Assembly: GCA_051362555.1 (NCBI GenBank)
Contig: CM120643.1
Coordinates: 29,082,848-29,146,847 of the forward strand
DNA length: 64,000 bases
From: Lingula anatina
Taxonomy: Eukaryota > Animalia > Brachiopoda
Reading direction: 5' to 3'
This document shows, piece after piece, positions 1 through 11,597 of the stretch. The notes beneath the pieces were generated by a model. That model did no database searches. It was not told where the DNA came from and saw only the letters and a list, made by a program, of their open reading frames with translations. The translations under genes and the position numbers were made by a program. The first letter of the stretch is position 1; every line of letters starts with the position of its first letter.

Positions 1-396
1 ACCTGAACGCCAATAATAATAATAATAATAGCCCAATGGCATGGCTACTTCTTTCTTAACTCAGTTTCATGTGAACTCCGAGCCTTCAATGTACGCCTCA
101 TTCGATCTACGTCGGATTTATAAAGGCACAAATGACGGTTGTAGCCCGGAATTACTACTTTTTAGGTGCTTTATTTCACCGCTTAATTGGACTTCCTGAT
201 GCTCTACATTTAATCCAAGGTTGTGAATCACTGTTAACATGGCCTCGATAGATACCGCTATCAGTGAAGACAGAATATCATTCAAAACGCTCAGCGGAGA
301 ACATAAATTGTGCATTTACTGTGTGTTTTAATGTGAATATAGCGACAAAAAATGTTAAAAACCTTAACTTGCTCTTTTTTTCCTTTTTTTTATCAT

Positions 397-545
397 GGTG
401 AAAAGTAGGTCAAAGGTCAACTTCAAGGCCTCATGCAGTGAGATTGCCAGAATATGACCTCCTATACAAGTTCAATAGTAACTATGGGCGTATCTCTGTC
501 AGTTTTGGAGATATAAGGGAAAGAAAATTTGCAAAGTTCAGTTCA
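397..545. repeat. Interspersed repeat with AGGTCAAAGGTCA subunits (Helentron/HINE-like); related segments at 1690-1740 and 27880-28385
   Basis: GGTGAAA-GTAGGTCAAAGGT...GTAACT-TGGGCGT-TCTCT..CAGTTTTGGAGAT is shared with 28173-28260, and ACTAGAGG-TCAGAG heads occur at 1690 and 27880. The family label is inferred. Confidence 0.5.
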
Positions 546-1297
546 AAAATATATTTCCATGTAGCATTTGTGCCTTTATTATAAAGAATGAAACTGTGTG
601 GCACTCTTAGTTTTGTTGTACCACCCAAAGATAAAAATTATAATTAAAAAAATATGACTTAAAAATACAATAAGTGTAAAATTCACAATTTTCTGTGATT
701 TTTCATTGAGAAAACCAAGTACCTAGTCCATTTGATTTTGATAAAATATCATTAATTTTTTTTAGAAATTTCGGCTAGCCCCATTAAAAACATTTGATTT
801 TGTTGTTAAAGACATATCTTTGTAAAAATGTGCAATCCAAAACAACAAATTCTATAACCCAAAATAGTTATGTGGAAACACCTAATGAAATACGAATATA
901 ATCAAATCAAATCAAAGCCTATGATCAAAGACTTGCCATTTAGATTGAATCATCTATTATTTCAATTTATTAAACCCTACGGCTCATCAGAATATAAAAC
1001 AGTGACAATATAAAGTTAGATCTAATCAACTACCATGACTACAACAACTGCTACAGATACAAACAATAATAATAATACGAATAATTATAATAATAATAAT
1101 TATTATAGATATTTCAATCTAAAAGTGTGCAACCCAAAGCATTCATATTCTCTAACCCAATATACTGTAATTATGTGGACACATCCACTGAAATTTTAAG
1201 GAAATCAGCTTTGACATCAAGATTGGGTCATTTATTATTGACATATCAATCTAAAAGTGTGCAACCCAAAGCTTTCAAATTCTGTTGCCTGAAAAAT

Positions 1298-1479
1298 GTC
1301 TGTGGTAGCACCGTCTGATTGTCTCATTTATTATTACCGTTCAGTTAATTAAATTTTGTAATGAAAATCCAAATATAGCAGTTATGTAAAAAGTCTGTGG
1401 TAGCACCATCTGATTGTATCATTTATTATTACTGTTCAGTCAATTAAATTTTGTAATGAAAATCCAAATATAGCAGTTT
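1298..1479. repeat. ~95-bp tandem duplication (2 copies)
   Basis: GTCTGTGGTAGCACC...GAAAATCCAAATATAGCAGTT occurs twice. Confidence 0.9.
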
Positions 1480-1862
1480 CCTTATTGTTGCTCATGATTT
1501 CTAGGAAACAAAGCCTGTCAAGCAGGTTTCTCCAACTATGCCAACCTAAAAATGGCCAAAAAAGAAAAAATTGAGCCCAGAACTTATAAATATTTTTTCA
1601 CCAATGGTCACATCATCACATTGTCACATCAAAAATAATAATAATAATAAATAAAATAAAATAAAATAAATATATAAATAAATAAATAAACTAGAGGGTC
1701 AGAGAGGTGATACCGCCTCCGGATATTGTACCACCAGCATTATTGTAAAATGGGGAGGATTATACACTGTACTGGTATGTGATTCAATAACTGGTATTGT
1801 CCCTGTAACTTTGAGGATTCACCGTATAGATCTTAAGGAAAATACAGGTTACAGTACAGTAG

Positions 1863-1958
1863 GTTACGGTACAGTTACAGGTACATATAAGTATTATCAC
1901 TGATCTTCAGAGATGCATCAGTAATAATACTTATATGTTCCTGTAACTGTACCGTTAC
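1863..1958. repeat. 42-bp-arm inverted repeat (hairpin) with a 12-nt loop
   Basis: 1863-1904 pairs with 1917-1958, with 3 mismatches. Confidence 0.9.
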
Positions 1959-3279
1959 AAGCTTGGAATAATTGTAGCTTTTCTACCATGCAGTGTGAAG
2001 ATCACGTTACCAATTCTAATATTAAATAAAATACGACTAAAAGTTTCGTTTTTACTCCAAGAATTAAGAAGGCTCTATAAACAGTGGGAAATTCTACCCT
2101 TGACAAATCGCAAGAATCGTTTAATTTTCAAGAAGAAGAAGTCGGTCCTATATTTCTTAATTGAAAATGATGGGCATATCTAGTTTTCTGTCGACAATAC
2201 ACCATGCGCAACTATTTATGTTAAGTGTGTTCGAAATGTTTTTCCTATTTTTCTGGCAATACTGTCTTCAACCTGCCATCAACATACGCTAAGCCCCCAA
2301 CCTAAGTGTGTTAGCTCTGTTAAATTCACAATGTGCGAATGTTGAATGTTAAAAACACTTTTCCTCATATTTGGGGTTGGTCGTGATAGTTGACTAAATT
2401 ATCAGTAGTTTCTGACCAAACGGAGAGAAGGTCAAGTAAATATACCTGTGACATATAACTATGCTTGTAAATGTTTTCCAAGAAAAGGTCCTGTTTAGAT
2501 CAAAACATCAGATTACTGTAAATCACTCAGGCAAACACGTTGCTTGCACTAGTTTTCATCTGTAAGGGCAGTGAGACACCGTGAGTTTAAGGGGCTGCTC
2601 TCCTATTTTACCTGCATGTACCTGTATATATATTTCGAGTGATATCTTTCCTAGACCAGTTTCCCTGGGTAATATCTTGAATTTGTATGCACGTCCTAAA
2701 CCCAACTATTTAGACATTGTCAGAAAACGTAGCTGACACAGAGACATGGACCCAAATAAAAGCAGAAATTAACAAACATACGCCATGTTCAGAAAGTACG
2801 TCATCTAAGATACAGCGAAGATAACGACGGTAACGCCCACTTGCGATCACATGTTCAAAGTCACCCAATACAATTACGACAAGTACCTTAAATATGATAT
2901 CAAGCTTCTCCCATTTCTTTTATTTAAAAGGATGTCCGTGCAGTTCTTCCACATGTACACCCGGCTCTTTCCAGCGTTGTAGATGACACTTATTTGTTAG
3001 TACATACGGTTTAAGAATGGCAGTATTACATTTGCTAACTTGCACGTTTTTGTTTGTTCTTATTCAGCATGGTAGAGTTTGGGGAAATGAATTTGTCAAC
3101 ATGCAGTGCAGAGGCACTGGCACCGCCATAATTGATACGCACACCAAAGAAAAGGTTTGTATGCCGTGATAGTTCAATACTTCACTGTATGTCACAACCT
3201 TATTTATGTTTCAATTTATTTATGTGGTTTCTTTGGTCAATGTCTACTGTGTGCGGAAAAAAATTGGGACATTTTGCAG

Positions 3280-5368
3280 AAGGACCAACGGTTACAGTAG
3301 ACGAGGTTCGCCTTGGAAAAGCAATTTAAGACAGATATAACTTGGGTTTTATCTCTTGGACTTAACGTTTTTCGGGTTAGAACAGGAATAAGAATGTAAT
3401 AGTTCACTTGATGATGTTTTTTGACTTCAAGTACACAAAGTGAAAAAAGGGCAGGACCGATAGTAAGTAGACCTGACTGGAGTGAAAAATTATTTCGTAA
3501 TGATAAAATCAACATCCATTTTTGTAATTGCTGGCCGAAACCGTTGAAAGGTAGGAGCACGCTTCAGTTTGCCCAGTTGGTTGAAAAAAAGTGCAGTGGC
3601 GGATTTAGGCGGGTGTCAGGGAGGTCCTGACCCCCATCGGTTTCTAAAAAAACACACCAATAGTCCCCTCTAGAATTTAGAATTTCGACTAGCTGAATCA
3701 TATAGCAGATCTCAACCGTACCCAATGGAACCGTTCGCCCTCCAAACACCAAAAAATTTGGAGATCCTTCGGCGGGCCCCCGAACCCCACGCCATGGGGG
3801 GGGGGGGTGGCGAGGGTAGGATTCCCATCCAAAGCCTGTGTTTCCTAATAAAAAATAATAAAATAAAGAACAAAATGGATTCCCCTTCCCTAAAATAATC
3901 CTAGATCCGCCCCGGGAGTGTTTAAACACTGAACCGAAGAGCTGCTTTAAACGCGTCTAATTTTACTCGATTTTAACAGGTCGCTGAATTGGAAAAGAAG
4001 TTGCAGGAAACAGACGTAGAACTGCGAAACAAGATTAGGCTTCAACAAGAACAGGTAGTGAAATGCGATGCTTTGGTGTCAGATCTCACCAAGAGATTGG
4101 AAAAAATTGAAGAAAAACAGGCTAGTGTAAAAGGTACGTGATGTATAAAGTCATGACAAAAAATAAAAGTTTTGAATTAAATGATTGTTTACGTAGTTGT
4201 TACGTAAGAGTAGAATAAAATCTATAGGCATCCTGCTAGGTAAGGGTGACACTTTTTAGTAGGGGGGTATAGATCCAAACCATGTTCCTGGTAGGCCTAT
4301 TGTCTGCACATATTTTCAAATGTTCTTTACCGAATCTTGCCTTCGGATTCTCGATTTCAGTGTGTCCCCGTGACTTTATTGAACTCTTTGGCAGCTGCTA
4401 CTATTATTCGACGGTTCAGAAGACTTGGCACCAAGCTCAGGAGCACTGTCAAAGTATCTCTGCCAATCTGGTTACTATAACTTCTAAATATGAAAATGAG
4501 ATCATATGGAAACATTTACCAGGTAAGTTCCTTTCCATTATGCTATTAGAGAGTTAATAGTTAATAGTTACAATTTTCAAGTCAAGGTGTGTTTGGGTAC
4601 AACTTTTATATACAGACATATACAGGTAGCATCTGTAGATATAACCATCGCCTGTGTCTGTCGTTGTCGTTGATAATATCCGTGTTACCTGTTGTGCGTA
4701 ATGAAAATTTGGTGTTTATTTTGCTGTTAAACATATTGTACTATTAACAAAATAACCTATTAGGTATTTCCTTCTTAATATCCGTACATTCGACAGCTTT
4801 TCTGTCTTGTTCCAATTCGTGAGCACTTGAATTTGTTGATGTCAGGCAAGTATCAGATCCACCAAACATAAAGGGCAAAAAAAGAAAGAAACTGATCAAT
4901 GTTCAACATTTTGAAATGTGATTTGTCATTCCAGTGTCCTATTTTTAAAGAAAATAGTTAGTTATTAGTGGTGGAAAAAACATAGCAACGAGAGTTGGTG
5001 TGCCCCCTAAATAACAATATGCAATACTTACAGTGAACAATGTACATTATGACTTTTATTAATTTTTTTAGAAAAAAATGTCCAACGCTTTTAATGTTCC
5101 TTTAAATATTTTCAATTCTTTAATTTTACAGGTAGGTTCAGTAAAGCACTGGTGGATAGGTGCTAGCGACCGGATATCCGAGGGGACATGGGTTTGGGTT
5201 GCCAACAACTCCAGACTCACGTACACCAACTGGAATAAAGGTGAACCTAACAACCAAGGTGGATCGGAAAACTGCGCGGAGTTAAACAAGGAAAGGGGGT
5301 CTCCCACGTGGAATGATGTTCCATGTAGTGGTACTCGACAATTTGTCTGTGAATGGTCTCGACTTTGA
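3280..5368 (+). CDS. Coiled-coil neck plus C-type lectin domain protein (EPN/WND, mannose/glucose-type); 5' exons unresolved
   Basis: Phase-consistent GT-AG exons: 3280-3305 (EGPTVTVDE, tentative), 3980-4133 (VAELEKKLQETDVELRNKIRLQQEQVVKCDALVSDLTKRLEKIEEKQASVK, heptad-like), 4361-4522 (CPRDFIELFGSCYYYSTVQKTWHQAQEHC...) and 5136 or 5142 to 5368 (WWIG...W.KGEPNN...ENC...WNDVPC...FVCE, stop TGA). Canonical CTLD motifs WIG, EPN and WND are present. Confidence 0.85.
3594..3915. mobile_element. hAT-like MITE in a lectin intron
   Basis: Termini CAGTGGCGGATTTAGG and CCTAGATCCGCCCCGG; a related partial copy lies at 25085-25328. Confidence 0.65.
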
Positions 5369-8013
5369 CAACAGTTTCAACCCCAGGACCAATGGCAATG
5401 TCATTGCATTCTTTTACGTTACACCTTTTACCTTTGTCAAACAATTTGATCCTTGTTAATACTTTACAGGTACATTTAGCTGGTTCTTTATTATTCCTTG
5501 TAGTTACCTTTCAGCCGTGAGAAAGCCTTTATCAATGAAATACGGTCTTTCTATTGCCTCTAAATTTCCCTGAGTGAATTTTGCAAAAAAAATCATGGAC
5601 GAATTTTAATAAAGATTTCAGGATAGATCACATATCATCCAGGAGAGAAATTTATATATTGGGGGACACCGTTCGATACATTTGGTTTATTTGATTGTTT
5701 ACTGTTTAAGCCGGGGATAAGAAAACAAGTTGTAAAATTAAGAAGGGGTAAATTTTTGGCTAAATATTTAGGTACTAATAAAGATGAGTAACATCTTAAT
5801 CATTTGATTCTGTTGGCATTTTATTTTTCATCCAGTCAGATTAATGTACATTACAAAAGTTGCATGAATATATCTAAATAAAATAAAATAAAAAAATGGC
5901 TGAGCATTTTTTAAAGTAAAATATGGAAACTACAAAAACACCACTTTTAGAAATATCTCCATACGTCAATAGTGCTGCTTAACATATTTTGGCAAATATT
6001 TTGCTTGTTCACTTTGAACATTTGGATAAATAAAGACAATGAGGACGCCACACTTCTACGGCAAAGTTGGAAGCAGATTATAGCACAAAATTATGTAATG
6101 CAACTACAGTGATATTTCAGGAAATTTGCAACATCCCACTTAAAGTGACAGCATATTTTTATATTCGTGACTCATGGGTGTCTTCAAAGTACCGGCATGT
6201 TTTAGACAGTTAACAACAGTTAACAAACAGGATGAAAACATTACATAATTACCTTTAAAATATGTGTATTTAATCACTAAAATAGAAAAAAAATTGAAAA
6301 TGGTGATACATATTATGCTTTAAATATCTTGAAATATGTAGTTTTGACTACTTGTAGTGGATTTACAGTGTCACAGAAAAACAGTTAAATATTCTACAGA
6401 CTGATTGGAGGACAACTGATTTTAAAGAAATAATATGATGATATGTTTAAAAAATTATACACAGATGGTTCTACTTAGTCTGTTTGATCTCTAACATTAC
6501 TTTGGCACTGCGAATGTAATAGTTCTATTTCAGTCTTTTGAGACAGAAACTGGAATGATTTGAACTCTGCAATTACAAACAAATATGATGACATACGTGA
6601 AACATATTAATAATTGTTCAATTAATTTTATGACTACATATGAGGGTAAAACTACATAAAAATAATTATGGGATTATTAGCTCTTGTTGGGTAAAAAATA
6701 AAAATATTTCTATCATTTCAAATATGGACAAAACTTCCTTCTTTTTTATTGTAAGTGAAAAATAACTAAATGAAAATAAATTTGAAAAACATACAGCAAG
6801 TACATCATAATTCCATGTACCATATTTGTTGAACATACATTATATACAAGTATAAACAATCAGTCACGTGGATGTGTTTGTGACTTCCATTGCGGTAGAG
6901 AAGACCAAGTTTTATCACATCTGTAAATGTGGTAGTTGTGATCAGACTGGAAGCAATCAAGATATCTGCTGTGCCCATTGGGTGATTAAAGGATCTGTTG
7001 TAATATCTGCCTAAAGTTGACAGATGGCCAGATTGTCTCAGAAGTAGCAACTAAGCTAATTTTACTTCTCCAGCCTTAATGAATGCATTAATGTCTTTAA
7101 AAATTACAAGAAAGAACTATGCAGGGTTAACGTTCTGACAACTTGACAAATAGGCTCCAAGAACCCTGTATATCTCTAATAAAATATACCAGTCAGGTAG
7201 AGTTCCCCAAAGAAGTTTGGGCCAACATTTGATCTTAATTGAAATGCAAAATCTAGGCTATCTTTAAGAAATGATGAATCTCTAGAAGTACACTTTAAAA
7301 AACGAATCATTGTTCTACAACATCACCTTATTCCCAATTTTAGAAAACATTTGCAATATTTCAACTAAGTAGTTTACTGATATATATATATATATATATA
7401 TCCTGCATCTAATACATTGTTTTTTATGTGGAGACCAACATTTGCTCTAAAGGTCTCTTGTGAAACTGATCCAGGGGCACATTCTAAACTGTTAATAAAA
7501 TCACAAGATATTTATGGTAAGAATTCAGGAAGACACCTTTCTAAAAGTGATTTATCAATACAGCACAACAGACCCCAGAATTCTTTTGGGTTACAAGCCT
7601 CAATCCAAGAAGCAACTTCCTGCTAGAATTCTTAGTCAACTAAGTCCTTTTTTCTAAAGGAGTGTAAAATACCCCTCAGCTTTTCTATCTTTCAACTATA
7701 ATTAGCTCCAAGAGCAATCAGTGACCCAAAAATAAGTCAACATGGAACTCAAATCTGGTGTAGAGAGCATCATTTTGTCAACAGTTTTATATACTGTGTT
7801 CCTAAGTGATGAAAGGAAAAAACTGAAATTCCAGGAAAATCTATAATTGGCATAGAGAGGTCAAATACTCTTTATGTTTTTTAGTTATACTTTTCAACTC
7901 TCTGTTCCTCTTATATTTGGCCACCATTTTAATTAAACTATCCACCAGTCATAATTGTTCCTCCTGCATGTCCTCTTTTATTTGGCCGCCATTATAATTC
8001 ACCTTTCCACCAA

Positions 8014-11000
8014 TCATAACTGTTCCTCTTGTATGTCCTCTTTGATTTGGTGGCCATTTTGATTATCATTCACATAGCTCTGTCTCTGGGAAAGGAAGTG
8101 TCTAAAATCAGGATTAAGTCCCCTCTGTTCATAGGGCACATAGTCATCATCATCATCGTCATCAGAGACTGGGGTACGCTGTATGTTCATATATTCTGGA
8201 AGGGGTGGAGGGGCCATTACTGATGCTGCTGCTGCACCAATGTTTTCATCTGAAATAGATAATTAATATAAAGAGGTGATTAAGTAAGAAATACAAAGCA
8301 TTTTATTTCTTTGTGCTTGTTGAAGGAGAGGAAAGTTGCACTACTGACAATATGCACTATTTCACTACACACTGACAATACCGGTAGTTCAATGAGCAGA
8401 TTTTGTCGTCATAAGCAATTTGAAAAGGAGCAGTTACCATATCTTGCTTTTTTTCAGGAATCATCATCAACAGTGTTTTTTTTTTTTATATAATAAATAT
8501 CTCTTAAAATTGATCATGCAAATACCAAAACTCTACAGTCTAACAACTCTTTAATGCCCTACAACACAGATACGATACCTTCTTCTGGAGTTTTTGTCAA
8601 GTCTCCCGGAGTCTTCGGCAATGGTCTCATGCAAAGATAAGGACGTCCAAGAGGAGACACCATGTCAGCTGGACTGTGCTGCCGCCTATCTTGTGCTGGC
8701 AGTGTGTTTGAAGGACCTGGAGGGTGTATGTAGCCAGAAAGTCCTGTAGGGTTGTGGTCTGAGGGGTGTGGGGGTGGGGGCAGAGAGTGAGATCTTGGCA
8801 TACCAAAACGAGCATCATGAACCACTGGTTCTCGGTCCAGAGGAAGTAGTGGTGCCGTGTGCTGCAACAACAAAGAGCAATGTATTCAATGCTGGGGCCT
8901 GTTTCACACAATGTTTTATACTAGGTTTAAATGGGCACAAAGTGGGCATTAGAGCACAGGATTTTAGAACTCAAGAACGGGATTATAAAGCATCATGATC
9001 TCAGTGGTTTTGAATGGGCTATGCCTTGGTGATTGGGGGAAATTGCTGAAATTTCCAAGAATTTTTTTTTTTTTTTTGTTATTATATACAGAGGTCTAAA
9101 TGTATGGACTTATTTTGAGAATCCTGATTGCAAGTGTGGAAAGCTGCAAAATGTAATATTGTACTTGTGCTACTTGTACTACATATACTACTACCATTAC
9201 TACTACATCTACTACATGCACAGTACTACTACTTTGACTTCTAAAGTTAATGCAGGACTTTTACAACTATTACATGTACTAGGGATTCTTGGACTACTTC
9301 TATATGTACTATAACTACATCTACATCCTGACAGCTTACCCTATGCCTTGCTGACAGTGCGATAGCCCTAGCGACCTCGTTCACTCTGGTGTAAATCTCC
9401 TCCCCCGAAACTGTGTTCACCACATACACCCCTTCCCCCGTCTTACAGTGCCTGGAATAGTCAACATCTTACAGTGCCTGGAATAGTCAACATCTTACAG
9501 TGCCTGAAATAGTCAACATCTTACAGTGCCTGGAATAGTCAACATCTTACAGTGCCCGAAATAGTCAACATCTTACAGTGCCTGGAATAGTCAACATCTT
9601 ACAGTGCCTGGAATAGTCAACATCTTACAGTGCCTGGAATAGTCAACATCTTACAGTGCCTGGAATAGTCAACATCTTACAGTGCCTGAAATAGTCAACA
9701 TCTTACAGTGCCTGGAACAGTCAACATCTTACAGTGCCCGAAATAGTCAACATCTTACAGTGCCTGGAACAGTCAACATCTTACAGTGCCTGGAATAGTC
9801 AACATCTTACAGTGCCTGAAACAGTCAACATCTTACAGTGCCTGAAACAGTCAACATCTTACAGTGCCTGAAATAGTCAGCATCTTACAGTGCCTAAAAT
9901 AGTCAACATCTTATTGTACCTGAAATACTCAACAACTTACAGTGCCTGAAATAGTTAATACTGACTTAATTCTGCTTCTGGGCCTGCTAGCATTAACATA
10001 GTTTTTATCATCATATTAGAATTTAATTGTTCACCAAGTTTACTCAAGATACAGAATTTTTATTATTCATTCACCAATACTGCGTTATCAATTAATTGAT
10101 CAAAAATAATTTAATAATTCATTTATTTTAGTTTATCTGGAATTTATCCATTTATAAATTCATTCATGAATTCATTTTTATATTAACATATTTATTTATA
10201 AACAATTCATATTTAAAAAGCAAACTTACCTTCCAGCCTCAAAGGTAAACTTAGACGAGTCTCCTCCATATCTCCTCAGGGCACTGACAGGCCATTCTAC
10301 AAGCTTTTTTCTTGGATTCTCTACATCCCATAATATTATCTTCTCCAGTGTGACCTGCAGCAGACACTCTCCACAAATGTCTAGGTTGGCGGCAGGTAGC
10401 AAGTACACATGAAATCTCTCTGAAAATAGTTCCCAAAAGTTGAAAACCAATTTTCTTGCATTTAAATTTGAAAGGCTAATAAATAGACATACCCTGTACT
10501 GACATAACATATTAATGATATATCTGGCAAAATTATTTTCTACCAAAGTAAAATTTTCATATGGTATGACAAGCAACCAAAAGATATAAAAATAACACAC
10601 TCTTTCTTTCTCTTAAATTTATATTTTCATTTACTCCAAAGTCATGGGTGATAACCACAAAACTTACCGCTCATTTCTCTGTGCATGCCTGCCTCCAAAA
10701 TATCTGGTTCTCCCAGGCTTATATTGGGTACACCACCCAGACATAACTGTTCCAGAGTCTTGATCCATTCAGTCGCCTCCAGGTCTAAGACAAGGAATAA
10801 ACAACTTAATCACTTAAATAATTAATGGAAAGGATGACAGAAAGACAGGCAGACAAATAGGTGTTAGAAAAAAAAATCACCTATCGCATATAAATCATAA
10901 GGAAATCAATATACACACTGTCAGACAGGAAATGTAGCTTCATTCACTATAAATGCTGATGTAAAATAATGTGCATTGCATCACTCTCTTATTGTTTCAG

Positions 11001-11559
11001 ATGAGGAAAAAAAACCTAAAAATTCTCACTTGGCTATATATATATTGACAAGAAAAAGAATTTAAAGTACAAGCATTGAAGCAATGAAGTAAAAATCAAC
11101 CCAACTTTTACATCGTAGAAAAAAAAAATGTTACCTGATCCACAACAGAAGAGGCGGGAACTTTCATCGTTAAACTTGATTTCAACTCCGTGCTTCTTCA
11201 CTTCCTGTGGCAACCTCTCTACTGCCTTGACATCTTTAAGGTCAATAATCTTGTGCTGTGCGCCACTTTTTGCTGCATCCTCGTTGAGGTATTTCTCTAA
11301 ATGATTGTGACCTTTGCTCGACATCCTGTGAAGTCGCACCCAGCGCTTGATCCATCGCTGGAAAAGATGGCGGCAAACCAAAATAAAAATGTGATTCACA
11401 CATAGCTGTTAATGCTGGGAAAATATCTCTGAGATCTAATACTACAGAAAATGGAAATATTCCATGCTTATCTGCAATATCTAATATTTTATATACTGGT
11501 AATGTATGGACAGTGTATCTTTTGATATCCCATAAATCGCCCAATTAGCAAGTCTCCTG

Positions 11560-11597
<38 letters not shown>

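Noticed and set aside
407-419. AGGTCAAAGGTCA nuclear-receptor DR1 element
   Set aside because: It is part of an interspersed repeat that recurs at ~28180, with no independent sign of function.
9441-9960. CRISPR-like appearance of regularly spaced 26-bp repeats
   Set aside because: The units are head-to-tail with no unique spacers, there are no cas genes, and the context is a eukaryotic intron.
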